Assembly: GCA_031362865.1 (NCBI GenBank)
Contig: JANLTH010000003.1
Coordinates: 62,848 to 126,847, forward strand
DNA length: 64,000 bases
Reading direction: 5' to 3'
Source of the DNA: Burkholderiales bacterium
GTDB lineage: Bacteria; Pseudomonadota; Gammaproteobacteria; Burkholderiales; JAEUOS01
Below, one piece after another: positions 1-9,257 of the stretch. A program made the position numbers and the translations under genes. Position 1 is the first letter of the stretch, and each line of letters starts with the position of its first letter. The notes beneath the pieces were generated by a model, which saw only the letters and a list, made by a program, of their open reading frames with translations, did not search any database and was not told the DNA's origin.

Positions 1-85
1 TCCAGCAGCTCGCTATTGTTGTTTTGCCATAAGCCTGCACGCCGTCATTCAAGCGCGAGATTGACGAAAGCTGCTTGAGTACAAT

Positions 86-1126
86 ATGTGTATGAAATCA
101 CAGAAGATCAATCCGCAAACATCGCCACGAATTCGAACTGAGTTTGTCGTCAGCGACGCGTTCGACGCGCACAGCGATGCCGTTTATCATCAAGGGGATT
201 GCCTTGAGTTGATGCGCAACCTACCCGCTCAGAGCATGCAACTGGTGGTTACTTCCCCTCCCTACAATCTTGGGAAAAAGTACGAGAAGCGTAGCGCACT
301 GGACAGCTATCTGTCCTGGCAAGCGGAGGTAATCGCTGAAGCAGTGAGAGTCTTGCGTCCGCAGGGCAGCATCTGCTGGCAAGTGGGGAACTACGTAGAG
401 AACGGCGAAATCGTGCCACTTGACATCGCCTTGTACCCCTTTTTTTCTCAGCACGGTTTGAAGCTGCGCAATCGGATCGTGTGGCATTTTGAGCATGGTC
501 TGCATTGCAGCAATCGCTTGTCTGGTCGTCACGAAACCATTCTTTGGTTCACAAAAACGGATAGCTACACCTTTCACCTGGATCCAATTCGCGTCCCTCA
601 AAAATATCCCGGCAAGAAACACTTCAAAGGCCCCAAGGCTGGGCAGCTTTCGGGAAATCCGCTTGGGAAAAATCCGGGGGATGTCTGGGTGTTTCCGAAC
701 GTGAAAAACAATCATGTTGAAAAGACGGCTCACCCTTGCCAGTTTCCGATTGAATTGGTCGACCGGCTGATTCTTTCTCTCACCGACGAAGGAGATTGGG
801 TGTTGGATCCTTTCGCGGGCGTTGGCACCGCCGTTGCTGCTGCGGTCAGACGGGGACGTCGTGGTGTGGGTGCCGAGAAACTGGCCGAATACGTGGAGAT
901 CGCCCGTCGACGCATCGAGCAAGCAGCGCTAGGAACTCTGCCGGTGCGGCCGATGAATACGCCCGTCTATGACCCCGCCGATGCAGGCAAGAGTCTGACC
1001 ACAAATCCGTGGGCCGCGCTTCAAACTGCACCTCGCCCAAACCACTATGATCACACCACGGTATCCACGCAGTACGCGCTCCTCCAGGATCAAGCGTCAT
1101 ATGACCCCATGCCGGGCCGCGCATAG
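86..1126 (+). CDS. beta-class amino DNA methyltransferase (N4-cytosine or N6-adenine, PF01555-like); modification half of a type II R-M pair
   Basis: 346-aa ORF. Catalytic motif TSPPY (aa 56-60) lies upstream of the SAM-binding motif DPFAGVGT, the permuted order typical of beta-class N4/N6 methyltransferases. SPPY rather than DPPY leans toward N4-cytosine. Confidence 0.9.
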   Translation: MCMKSQKINPQTSPRIRTEFVVSDAFDAHSDAVYHQGDCLELMRNLPAQSMQLVVTSPPYNLGKKYEKRSALDSYLSWQAEVIAEAVRVLRPQGSICWQVGNYVENGEIVPLDIALYPFFSQHGLKLRNRIVWHFEHGLHCSNRLSGRHETILWFTKTDSYTFHLDPIRVPQKYPGKKHFKGPKAGQLSGNPLGKNPGDVWVFPNVKNNHVEKTAHPCQFPIELVDRLILSLTDEGDWVLDPFAGVGTAVAAAVRRGRRGVGAEKLAEYVEIARRRIEQAALGTLPVRPMNTPVYDPADAGKSLTTNPWAALQTAPRPNHYDHTTVSTQYALLQDQASYDPMPGRA

Positions 1127-1156
1127 CTGACCTGTGACGGCATCCGGAGGTGAACC

Positions 1157-1768
1157 ATGAAGATCGCCAAGACCTATTCGCACTTGAACGGATTGGAGTA
1201 TTTGATCGTTCACAGGAACTCGCTCTGGCGCGAGATTCAGTCGGTCATCGCTTTGATTGACGCTGCCGCTTGCAAGACCAAAGTGAGTCAGGAAATTCGC
1301 ATGAAGGGCCAATTGAAATACAGCCCCATCGACATGAACCGTGCGTTCAACGAAAAGCTGAGTGCCAAAGGCTGGAAAGAGAGCCGGGTGACCTACTGGG
1401 TTACCGAGGACGAGAAACTGATTCGGAGCACGCTTATGCAAAGCGCGAACGAACAAAAACGAGCAATTGAGGAAGCTGGACTGACCGCGATCATGAGCTA
1501 CAACCAAACGGATTTCGTCAAAGAGCGGGTTGCTATCGAGGTCCAGTTTGGCAAATATGCGTTCGTCGCCTACGATCTCTTTGTCAAACACTTGGCTTTC
1601 TACGTGAAGGACCAGATCGACGTGGGAATCGAGATACTCCCGATGAAAGTACTGCAACAGCAGATGTCTTCTGGCCCCGGCTACTACGAAGGCGAACTCT
1701 ACAACGTCATCCGCAACGGTCGTGGAGTTCCGTCAGTGCCGTTGGTCATCATTGGAGTCGCTCCGTAG
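1157..1768 (+). CDS. type II restriction endonuclease, BglII/BstYI-like fold
   Basis: 203-aa ORF begins after a 30-nt gap from the methyltransferase. The segment TDFVKERVAIEVQFGKY gives D-x8-E-x-Q, the same spacing as the recalled BglII catalytic residues D84/E93/Q95. The region is more AT-rich than its surroundings. Confidence 0.7.
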   Translation: MKIAKTYSHLNGLEYLIVHRNSLWREIQSVIALIDAAACKTKVSQEIRMKGQLKYSPIDMNRAFNEKLSAKGWKESRVTYWVTEDEKLIRSTLMQSANEQKRAIEEAGLTAIMSYNQTDFVKERVAIEVQFGKYAFVAYDLFVKHLAFYVKDQIDVGIEILPMKVLQQQMSSGPGYYEGELYNVIRNGRGVPSVPLVIIGVAP

Positions 1769-1798
1769 CAGCGGCGACCCAAGCCTACCTGAAAACCC

Positions 1799-2446
1799 TT
1801 ACCCCGCGCGGCTCTTCCCGATAGGCAGGCTGGAAACCCGAGCCAGCTCTGCCTCTTCAAAGAGTGCCGGGTCGGCGAGCCAGGCGCGCAGCATCGGCAG
1901 CGCGTCAGCACCCCATAAGAGTTCGGTACTACGCAGCCCTTCGAGTGCAAAAGTCGGCACACCGTACACGCCTGCCGCAGCAGCGCCCGCCGTGTTGTCA
2001 ATCAGCCGCTGCTTGACGGCGACCTCGCCGGTTAAGGCATGGCCTGCCGCTGCGTCGGCTACCTCGAGTGCCGCGCAAAACGCATCCCACTCCCCGCCAG
2101 GGTCGCGGCCGTCACGCCAAATAAAATCAAACGCCGCCTCGACCTTCGCTCGCGTGACGGGAGCTGCACAGAGTAGGCGCAGCGCGTGCAGCGGATTGAA
2201 GGGGTGCGCGGGCGGCATCCGAAACGGGATGCCCAACTGCCGCGCGGTGAACACGCAGGCACGATAGGTTTGCACGCGCTTGGCAGGAATCTCCGCCGGG
2301 CCTTTGTGCTCCCAGTGCTTGAGAAGCCCGGCGAACAGCACCGGCACGTACTCAATCTCCAACTCATCGTGCAGCGAACCAAACTGCTTGAGCGCGAGGT
2401 AGGCGTAGGGCGAGATGATGTCGAAGTACCAGCGGGCGTGGCGCAT
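1799..2446 (-). CDS. DsbA-family 2-hydroxychromene-2-carboxylate isomerase-like protein
   Basis: 215-aa ORF. The N-terminus WYFDIISPYAYLA and overall pattern are typical of the HCCA isomerase / DsbA-like thioredoxin family. Confidence 0.7.
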   Translation of the reverse strand: MRHARWYFDIISPYAYLALKQFGSLHDELEIEYVPVLFAGLLKHWEHKGPAEIPAKRVQTYRACVFTARQLGIPFRMPPAHPFNPLHALRLLCAAPVTRAKVEAAFDFIWRDGRDPGGEWDAFCAALEVADAAAGHALTGEVAVKQRLIDNTAGAAAAGVYGVPTFALEGLRSTELLWGADALPMLRAWLADPALFEEAELARVSSLPIGKSRAG

Positions 2447-2476
2447 GGGCGGTCAAGACTTTACGTTGAAAGAAAC

Positions 2477-2893
2477 CTATTTTGCCGCTTGCCGTTTCAA
2501 AAACCGCATCAAACTGCCGAGCACCGGCAATTTCTCATACAACTCTTCTGCCACGTCCCAATAGTCGCGGTGCGAGCTGATGCGTCCGTCGGCGGCGAAT
2601 TGCAGGTGCGTGGTGCCGCGCACTACTTGCGACTTGCCGCGCATCTCGAACAGAAAGTCCCACGTCAGCATCACCTCGCCATTGGCAGCGTGAAAGCGTT
2701 GATGCACTTTGAAACGCGGATTGACCACCTGTTTGAACATGTGGGCGTAAACGTGTTCGACTTTGGCCACGCCGCGCACTTCCTGAAACGGGTCTTTGAA
2801 GAACGCTTCCTCGCTGTAAAACAGCGGCACCTGCGCCACCGTTTGTGGCGTGATGCTTTCGAACCATTGCACGATGTCGTCCATGCTTGTCAT
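2477..2893 (-). CDS. NTF2/SnoaL-like small protein
   Basis: 138-aa ORF with a 4-nt overlap with the upstream SDR gene. Size and pattern match the nuclear-transport-factor-2-like proteins that accompany the CFA-synthase-like cluster. Confidence 0.55.
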   Translation of the reverse strand: MTSMDDIVQWFESITPQTVAQVPLFYSEEAFFKDPFQEVRGVAKVEHVYAHMFKQVVNPRFKVHQRFHAANGEVMLTWDFLFEMRGKSQVVRGTTHLQFAADGRISSHRDYWDVAEELYEKLPVLGSLMRFLKRQAAK

Positions 2894-3666
2894 AGTCCGG
2901 TTCCTTTTTTGATCGCCTTGAAATAGGCGGCATCGGGCAGCAACCCTAGAGCTTTGAGGGTGCGCGTAAAGCGCTTGGGGAAGTGCGTTTCAAACTCGCC
3001 GCGCTCCAATCCCTTGACGATTTCGCCTGCAGCTTCTTCCGCTGACATGAGAGCGGGCATGGCGAAAGTATTCTGCGCCGTGAGCGGCGTTTCCACAAAG
3101 CCGGGGTTGATGACGCTCAAGCCCAAGCCCTTCTCGTGTAAGTCGAGGTATAGCGTTTCGGCCAAGTTGATGAGCGCCGCTTTCGAGGGACCATAGGCCA
3201 GCGCATTGGGCAAGCCGCGATAGCCTGCGACTGAAGCAACGATGGCGATGTGGCCGTGGGCGGCTGCCAGCATGCCGGGCAGCACGGCATCAATCCCGTG
3301 CAAGACACCGGTGAAATTGACCGCGAAGTGATGGTTGATGACGGCCAGGTCAAACTGGTCAGCACGCAGGGGCGAATACGTGCCCGCGCACAGAATCGCC
3401 AAATCGAGCCCGCCCCAAGCCTGCGCGATTTGCGCGTGGGCGGCGCGCTGCGCCCCGGGGTCGGTTACATCGAGCGGCAGGGCCAGCGCGTGCGCGTGGC
3501 CAGCAATCAACCCGGTCAACTTGTCGGCACTGCGGGCTGAAACGGCGACGCGCGCACCGCGCGCCAGCAGCAGCTTGGCGGTGGCAGCCCCAATGCCAGT
3601 CGAAGCACCGACCACCCAAACGCGCAAATCGCGCCAATCACTGAACTTGGGATTGAGCGCCATCAA
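2890..3666 (-). CDS. short-chain dehydrogenase/reductase (SDR)
   Basis: 258 aa. N-terminal Rossmann motif VVGASTGIGAATA, and a YGPSKAA segment containing the catalytic YxxxK. Confidence 0.85.
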   Translation of the reverse strand: MMALNPKFSDWRDLRVWVVGASTGIGAATAKLLLARGARVAVSARSADKLTGLIAGHAHALALPLDVTDPGAQRAAHAQIAQAWGGLDLAILCAGTYSPLRADQFDLAVINHHFAVNFTGVLHGIDAVLPGMLAAAHGHIAIVASVAGYRGLPNALAYGPSKAALINLAETLYLDLHEKGLGLSVINPGFVETPLTAQNTFAMPALMSAEEAAGEIVKGLERGEFETHFPKRFTRTLKALGLLPDAAYFKAIKKGTGL

Positions 3667-4217
3667 CTCGCGGAACGCTTTTTAAACGACAGAGTCACAG
3701 CACCCAGATACACACCAAACTTGCGCATTTCAGCGCGGTTGAGCATCACCTGGTCGTCCATGAGAAACATCCAGTCGTTGAACTGTACGTCGTACACTTT
3801 GCCATCCACCGGCAGGCGCAGGGTGTACTCCCATTGCAGCGCATTGCCAGAAATGCGCCCAATCGCTTCACCCACTACGTCGTCGGCACGGCCGATATAG
3901 CTGCCATCGGCGCGGCGTTGCAGGTTCCACACGCGCTTTTGCTTGGTGCCGTCTGAGTACGTGAAGTCTTCGTCGAGCACCCCTAAATCGCCGCGCCACG
4001 AGCAGCGCATCACCACCGTGAAGCGCTTGACCACCTTGCCAGACCGGTCCTGAAACACGCCCCAAGCATCGAGCGTGCCGTTGAAATAGGTACGCAAGTC
4101 GAGCACTGGCTGCTCGGCGGCGTAGTGGGCCAAGTCTGAAGTCGCACCGCAACCTGCGAGCACGAGTGCTCCAAGAGCCGCGCCAGTAAATCGTCTTCGG
4201 CCTATCGAATTTTCCAT
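3663..4217 (-). CDS. DUF3833-type lipocalin-like lipoprotein
   Basis: Only the last 184 codons of track ORF 3663..5036 are plausible. ATG at 4217, lipobox LVLAGC, then the pattern LDLRTYFNG..W.GVFQDRSGKV typical of DUF3833. Confidence 0.75.
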   Translation of the reverse strand: MENSIGRRRFTGAALGALVLAGCGATSDLAHYAAEQPVLDLRTYFNGTLDAWGVFQDRSGKVVKRFTVVMRCSWRGDLGVLDEDFTYSDGTKQKRVWNLQRRADGSYIGRADDVVGEAIGRISGNALQWEYTLRLPVDGKVYDVQFNDWMFLMDDQVMLNRAEMRKFGVYLGAVTLSFKKRSAS

Positions 4218-5494
4218 AACAAACCTCCTGCAATCAGTTTGAGACCACACGGCACCAGACAGTAGAGCACCGCCAATGCCACGCCTCCTGAGACGTTGGC
4301 GGTCGGCGTGAGGTTCCCCGGCACATATCCTGCCAGGCTCAGAATGGGCAAGGTCAAGCCAGCGGCAAAAGCCAGATTGGCCTTCGTCACCAAATTCCAG
4401 ATACCGAAATAAGCGCCCTCCGCACCCTGGTGATTGGCTTTTGCGATGGTATCGGCCAGCATTGAGGGCGCGATTGCCAAATCTGCCGCCACCGCCACGC
4501 CGGACAAAGCGCAGATCAGCATAAAGGCGGCCACCACTTGCGGTGTTTCGCTGGTGAGAAAAAACGCCCACACAAAAACCGCAATCGCCAAACCCATTGA
4601 AAGCAACCAGGCCACACGCTTGGACCAGCGCGCCGCCACCCGCAGCCATAGCGGCAAGGCAAGCGCGCCGCACAAAAAATAGACTGCCAGGAATGCGCCC
4701 TGCCACTGTGGTAGCCGCAACCGGTCGCTTACAAAAAAGAGCAGCAAGGTCGCTGGAATGGCGGCTGCGATGCCATTGATCGCAAACACGGCAACTAAAC
4801 GTCGGAAGGCGGGGTTTTGCAGTGGTCGCACGTCGCTGACTTTGGCCACGCAGGCTTTGGAGGTAATGGCTCCACCGCCACTGGCTATGCCGGAACCCAG
4901 GAACACCGCGCCCAGCGCCAGTGCGGCGGCCGCACCCACCCACGCGGTCAGCGCCATGCCTTGGGCCAAGTCGGTGTGCAGCTGCGGCAGCAGCGCAGCC
5001 ACGATCACGCCGACGAATACGAAGCCTTCGCGCCACGCCGTGTAGCGGGTGCGCTCGTGATGCGGGTCCGGATCAGGGGCCAGCACTGCACCCAGCGCCT
5101 GATGCGGAATCGTCACGCACGAGAGGCCCAGGGTCGCCACCACCACCGTCAGCGCCAGCCAGGCGGCCGATGAAATGCCCAACACTTGGCTCCAGGCTGG
5201 ATGCAGCAGCGCCAAGAGGCCGAGCGCGAGCGTCAGCAGCCCGGTTGCCATGAGCGGTACACGTCGCGCACCGTCCGCCCGATCAGCAATGCGGCCAATC
5301 CACGGGTCGAGCATCGCATCCAACGCGCGCGAGGCTAAGAGGATGCCGCCGGTCAGCCCCAATGCCACGCCAACGCTTTCGGCATACAGTTTTGGCACAT
5401 AGACGTAAACCGGCAGTGCCGCAAAAGCGAGCGGAAAGCCCAGCGAGCCATACAGGATGAGACGACCAGTGTTGGCGCGCGCAGCAGCGGTCAT
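4202..5494 (-). CDS. MFS transporter (GPH-like)
   Basis: 430-aa highly hydrophobic ORF with about 12 predicted TM segments. It sits in the position of the MFS gene in the conserved CFA-like cluster. Confidence 0.8.
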   Translation of the reverse strand: MTAAARANTGRLILYGSLGFPLAFAALPVYVYVPKLYAESVGVALGLTGGILLASRALDAMLDPWIGRIADRADGARRVPLMATGLLTLALGLLALLHPAWSQVLGISSAAWLALTVVVATLGLSCVTIPHQALGAVLAPDPDPHHERTRYTAWREGFVFVGVIVAALLPQLHTDLAQGMALTAWVGAAAALALGAVFLGSGIASGGGAITSKACVAKVSDVRPLQNPAFRRLVAVFAINGIAAAIPATLLLFFVSDRLRLPQWQGAFLAVYFLCGALALPLWLRVAARWSKRVAWLLSMGLAIAVFVWAFFLTSETPQVVAAFMLICALSGVAVAADLAIAPSMLADTIAKANHQGAEGAYFGIWNLVTKANLAFAAGLTLPILSLAGYVPGNLTPTANVSGGVALAVLYCLVPCGLKLIAGGLLWKIR

Positions 5495-5506
5495 TCCGGC
5501 CCTAAA

Positions 5507-6841
5507 TCAGGCGTGGGCCAGCGTGAATTGGACTACGTCGGTTGACCTTGCGCGAAACGCGCCTTCGCAGTAGGCCAGATAGAACTCCCAGGTGCGCATG
5601 AAGCGCTGGTCGAACGCCGCCATTTGGTTGGCCGGTTGCAAAGCGCCCACCGCGTCGCGCTGCTCCAGAAAAGCCTTGCGCCAGCGCCGCAGGGTTTCGG
5701 CGTAGTCCAGCCCAAACGCGTGCTCGCTAGCGACCCGCAAACCGGCACGGGCTGCATAGGCACGGAACACTTCGGGTGAAGGCAGCATGCCACCGGGGAA
5801 GATGAATTGCTGAATGAAATCAGTGCCGGTGCGGTACTGCGCAAACAACTCGTCGGCAATCGTAATAGTTTGCACTACGGCCCGCCCGCCGGGTTTCAGG
5901 CAGCGCTTCAGGCACTGAAAATAGTCAGGCCAGTAGGCTTCGCCCACCGCTTCAAACATTTCAATCGAGGCGATGCCATCAAATTGGGTGTTGAGGTCGC
6001 GATAGTCGGTGAGCGTCAGGTGCGCGCGTTCAGCAAAGGCATCAAGCCGTTGATTCGCGTAGGCCAATTGCTCGCAAGCGAGCGTGACACCAGTCACCCG
6101 GGCTTGCGGTTGTTCCAGCGCAACTTGCGCAAAGCCGCCCCAGCCGCAGCCGATTTCGAGAATGTCCGCGCCGTTTTGCAGTTGCAATTCGTGCAGCACG
6201 CGCTGGTACTTGGCACGCTGCGCCGCTTCGAGCGAGAGCGCGAAATCGCCGTCAAACAGCGCGCTGGAATAGGTCATCGATGGGTCGAGCATGAGCGCAT
6301 AGAAATCATTGCCCAAGTCGTAATGGGCGTGGATGTTTTTCTGCGCCTGCGGCTTTGAATTGCGCTTGAGCCAATGCTTGATCCGGTAGACCAATTGCCC
6401 CAGCCACGAGCCATACACCGCGCGCTCAAGCAGGTGGCGGTTTTGTGCCAATAGAGCAATCAGAGCCGGCAGATCGTCCGCCGTCTCATCGGCCGACCAA
6501 AAGCCCTCGATAAAGCACTCGGCAAAGCCGATGTCGCCGCCACGCAGCGCGCGCGCGAACACCTGCCAGTCGTTGATCGTCAGGGTTGCATGCAGCGCAT
6601 CGGGTGCTACCGCGCCTACAAAAGTGCGGGTGCTGCCGCCCGGCAGATGCACGGTCAACGTGCCGACTTCGAGGCGAGTGAGCAAGCGCAATACCACCTT
6701 CGCAGCCCAAGGCGCTGGCGCATAGCCCGCGCCCTGGGGAGCCGCTGGGCTGGGGGTAACAAACGGCTGCGCAAGCAGAGGGGACAACTGCGAGTGGATC
6801 AATTGGGGAATAAGCGAGCAGCGCATGAAATGGGAACTCAA
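5507..6841 (-). CDS. cyclopropane-fatty-acyl-phospholipid synthase-like SAM-dependent methyltransferase
   Basis: SAM motif ILEIGCGWGGFA plus the CFA-synthase family pattern (HYDLGNDFY, MTYSSALF). The track start at 6841 is TTG; an ATG at 6826 is an alternative start. Confidence 0.85.
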   Translation of the reverse strand: MSSHFMRCSLIPQLIHSQLSPLLAQPFVTPSPAAPQGAGYAPAPWAAKVVLRLLTRLEVGTLTVHLPGGSTRTFVGAVAPDALHATLTINDWQVFARALRGGDIGFAECFIEGFWSADETADDLPALIALLAQNRHLLERAVYGSWLGQLVYRIKHWLKRNSKPQAQKNIHAHYDLGNDFYALMLDPSMTYSSALFDGDFALSLEAAQRAKYQRVLHELQLQNGADILEIGCGWGGFAQVALEQPQARVTGVTLACEQLAYANQRLDAFAERAHLTLTDYRDLNTQFDGIASIEMFEAVGEAYWPDYFQCLKRCLKPGGRAVVQTITIADELFAQYRTGTDFIQQFIFPGGMLPSPEVFRAYAARAGLRVASEHAFGLDYAETLRRWRKAFLEQRDAVGALQPANQMAAFDQRFMRTWEFYLAYCEGAFRARSTDVVQFTLAHA

Positions 6842-7659
6842 AGCGAACGGGTGACGAAGTCGGCGGGTGGGGCAGGTTTACGAAAGAAGGGCACGCGCTT
6901 TAACCATAGTCGCAGCGCCTGCCAGTGGATTCGCGCCATCACGCCTACAGTGAAAAACGGAAAGCGCAGCAGGGTGCGCGCCAAGTTTGTCGCCGTGACG
7001 CCAACCGAACGCCCCGAGACGCAAGTGTCGATCAAGCGCCCTGCTGCGTCGGCAAAGTTGATGCGCGCCACGACCTGCTGCGCGCCTTCGCGCCGGGCGG
7101 CCAGAAAGCGGAATTGGTATTCGCCTTCCACACGCGCAAACGGCGACACGTGAAACACTTTGCGCGCAATCATTGGCGCACCCGGCAGCAAAGCGCCGCC
7201 ATCCGGCTGGGCGATCAGGTAGCAGTGCCGCTCACCGAAGGTATTGTTCACCTCGACCACGATGGCGCGAGTCGTACCGTCAGCTCGCTCACAAAACCAG
7301 AAACTGACCGGGTTGAACACGTAGCCTAAGACCCGTGGAAATGTCTGCAGCCACACTTCTCCTTCGGCATCGGCAATGCCGTGCTCGCGCAACAGCCGGG
7401 CGATCCAATCGGTAGGCGAGCCTCCGTCACCATGGTCGGCAAAATGAAAGCTGAGCGGCGCGGCGCGGTTCACGCCCAGCCAGCGCGGCGCAGCACGATC
7501 CAGGGCTTTCAAGCCTGAAAGCGGAAAGCGCAGAAAGAATACCGAGTAGACAAATTTGTGTGCCGTCGGGCGCACCCGCGCATGCATTACTTGGCCTAAG
7601 AACAGCCATGGCGGCGGTTCTTCACGGCATATTGGCGCAACAAGCGCATCAGGCGGCAT
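6838..7659 (-). CDS. DUF1365 family protein
   Basis: 273 aa. The pattern G.V.H.R..P..H.F.Y.VF and its position between the FAD oxidoreductase and the CFA-like methyltransferase match the conserved DUF1365 arrangement. Confidence 0.8.
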   Translation of the reverse strand: MPPDALVAPICREEPPPWLFLGQVMHARVRPTAHKFVYSVFFLRFPLSGLKALDRAAPRWLGVNRAAPLSFHFADHGDGGSPTDWIARLLREHGIADAEGEVWLQTFPRVLGYVFNPVSFWFCERADGTTRAIVVEVNNTFGERHCYLIAQPDGGALLPGAPMIARKVFHVSPFARVEGEYQFRFLAARREGAQQVVARINFADAAGRLIDTCVSGRSVGVTATNLARTLLRFPFFTVGVMARIHWQALRLWLKRVPFFRKPAPPADFVTRSL

Positions 7660-8989
7660 TCTTCAGCCTTGGTTCTGAGAGAGAGTTTGCCAATGCCGCA
7701 ATCGCGTGGGCGACGTGCAAGCCCGATTTGAGGCCATCTTCATGAAAGCCATAGCCAGTCCACGCGCCAGCGAACCAGAGCCGATCTGTGCCTTGAATCT
7801 GCGGTACGCGTGCCTGTGCGGCAATCGCAGCTGCATTGAACACCGGGTGCGCGTACTCGATGGATTGCAAAATTGTCTCGGTCCGCGGCGACGTAAGTGG
7901 ATTGAGCGTCACCATCAGCGGCGTACTAAATGGAAGCGGCTGTAGCTTATTGAGCAAATAGCTCACGGCCACCGGGCGCTTGCTGCTGCCAATCGCACCG
8001 GGCTTGCCAGAGTTACCCAAAAAATTCCACGCCGCCCAGGCACGGCGACGCGCGGGCAGTTGGGCGATGTCGGTATGCAATACGGCGTGATTAGTTTGGT
8101 AGGGGACGGCCGCGAGCACGCTGCGCTCGGCCGAGGTCGGCGCCTCCAGCAAGGCGAGCGCCTGGTCGCTATGGCAGGCAAACACGACTTGATCAAAATG
8201 CTCGATGCCGCGTGCGGTGACCAGATTGACCCCGGCTGCGGCGCGGCTGACCCGCGTGACCCCGGCGCTGGTCCGCACCGCGCACCCGGGCTGAGTGCGG
8301 ATCGCGTCGGCGAGCTTTTCCACATACTGCCGCGCGCCACCCGCAACGGTCATCCACTGCGGGCGGTCGGCTACTTGCAACAGGCCGTGATTCAAACAAA
8401 AGCGCGTAAACGTGGCCACTGGAAAGTCCAGCATTTCGGCCGTGGGGCAGGACCAAATCGCGGCCCCCATCGGCAGCAAATACCAGTCGCGAAAAGTTTG
8501 GCTATAACGGTTTGCGTCGAGATAATCGCCCAGGCTTTGAGAAGCCGAGGCAGCCTCGCCGTGCTGCCCCGCCAAGGCACTGGCCTCACGATTAAAGCGC
8601 ACAATCTCTTGCACCATACGCCAAAACGCCGGGCGCGCCAGGTTGCGACTTTGCGCAAACAGAGTGGCCAAGTTCGAGCCGGCCCATTCGAGGGTCGGCA
8701 CGCCGCCCGTGTCACGCAGGCTCACTGAAAAAGTCATTTCTGACTTGGCAGTCGGCACGCCCAGCTCGTCAAACAGGCGTACCAAATTCGGGTAGGTACG
8801 ATGATTGAACACCAGAAAGCCGGTATCCACCGGGTGGGTGATGCCATCCACCATGGCCTCGACCGTGTGGGTATGCCCACCCAGGCGCGTGTCGGCTTCG
8901 AGCAGGCTCACGCGCAACCCCGGCGCACGCGCCAGCTGCCACGCGCACGCAAGGCCAGAAATTCCAGCACCGATGACAGCAATGTTCAT
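7649..8989 (-). CDS. NAD(P)/FAD-dependent oxidoreductase (amine-oxidase-like)
   Basis: Dinucleotide-binding N-terminus MNIAVIGAGISGLACAW. ATG at 8989 is preferred over the upstream track start at 9046. Confidence 0.85.
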   Translation of the reverse strand: MNIAVIGAGISGLACAWQLARAPGLRVSLLEADTRLGGHTHTVEAMVDGITHPVDTGFLVFNHRTYPNLVRLFDELGVPTAKSEMTFSVSLRDTGGVPTLEWAGSNLATLFAQSRNLARPAFWRMVQEIVRFNREASALAGQHGEAASASQSLGDYLDANRYSQTFRDWYLLPMGAAIWSCPTAEMLDFPVATFTRFCLNHGLLQVADRPQWMTVAGGARQYVEKLADAIRTQPGCAVRTSAGVTRVSRAAAGVNLVTARGIEHFDQVVFACHSDQALALLEAPTSAERSVLAAVPYQTNHAVLHTDIAQLPARRRAWAAWNFLGNSGKPGAIGSSKRPVAVSYLLNKLQPLPFSTPLMVTLNPLTSPRTETILQSIEYAHPVFNAAAIAAQARVPQIQGTDRLWFAGAWTGYGFHEDGLKSGLHVAHAIAALANSLSEPRLKNAA

Positions 8990-9029
8990 GGAAGTTTTAC
9001 GAAAATGGAACTGGCTCGGATGCATGAAC

Positions 9030-9195
9030 CTGGTGTGGTGTTGCACGCTGTTTGCGGCTTATAAAAATGATGGATTTTTCGTCGAATCGAGGTGCAAAGC
9101 ACAGTCATAGTTCCACTATGACGAGCATTTGCAACGACGAGTCGGCGTAAAAGACGCATTTTTAAGTCGCATTAAGTGAGCAACGCTAAACTAGG
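9030..9195. repeat. 166-bp imperfect palindromic intergenic element, copy A
   Basis: Reverse-complement match, roughly 9 of 10 positions by eye, to 54226..54391. It is internally self-complementary with a central hairpin GTCATAGT-TCC-ACTATGAC. Confidence 0.85.
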
Positions 9196-9257
9196 GCAAG
9201 CAACGGCAGGATTTACACATTCCTTAGAGCAAGGGGGGAGGATCCGCCCAAAGGAAA

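Noticed and set aside
3663-5036. 457-aa track ORF spanning the DUF3833 gene and running antisense-free into the MFS gene region
   Set aside because: Only the last 184 codons (from the ATG at 4217, with a lipobox) look like a real protein. The upstream part is Arg/Gly/Ala-rich shadow sequence overlapping the well-supported MFS gene in another frame.
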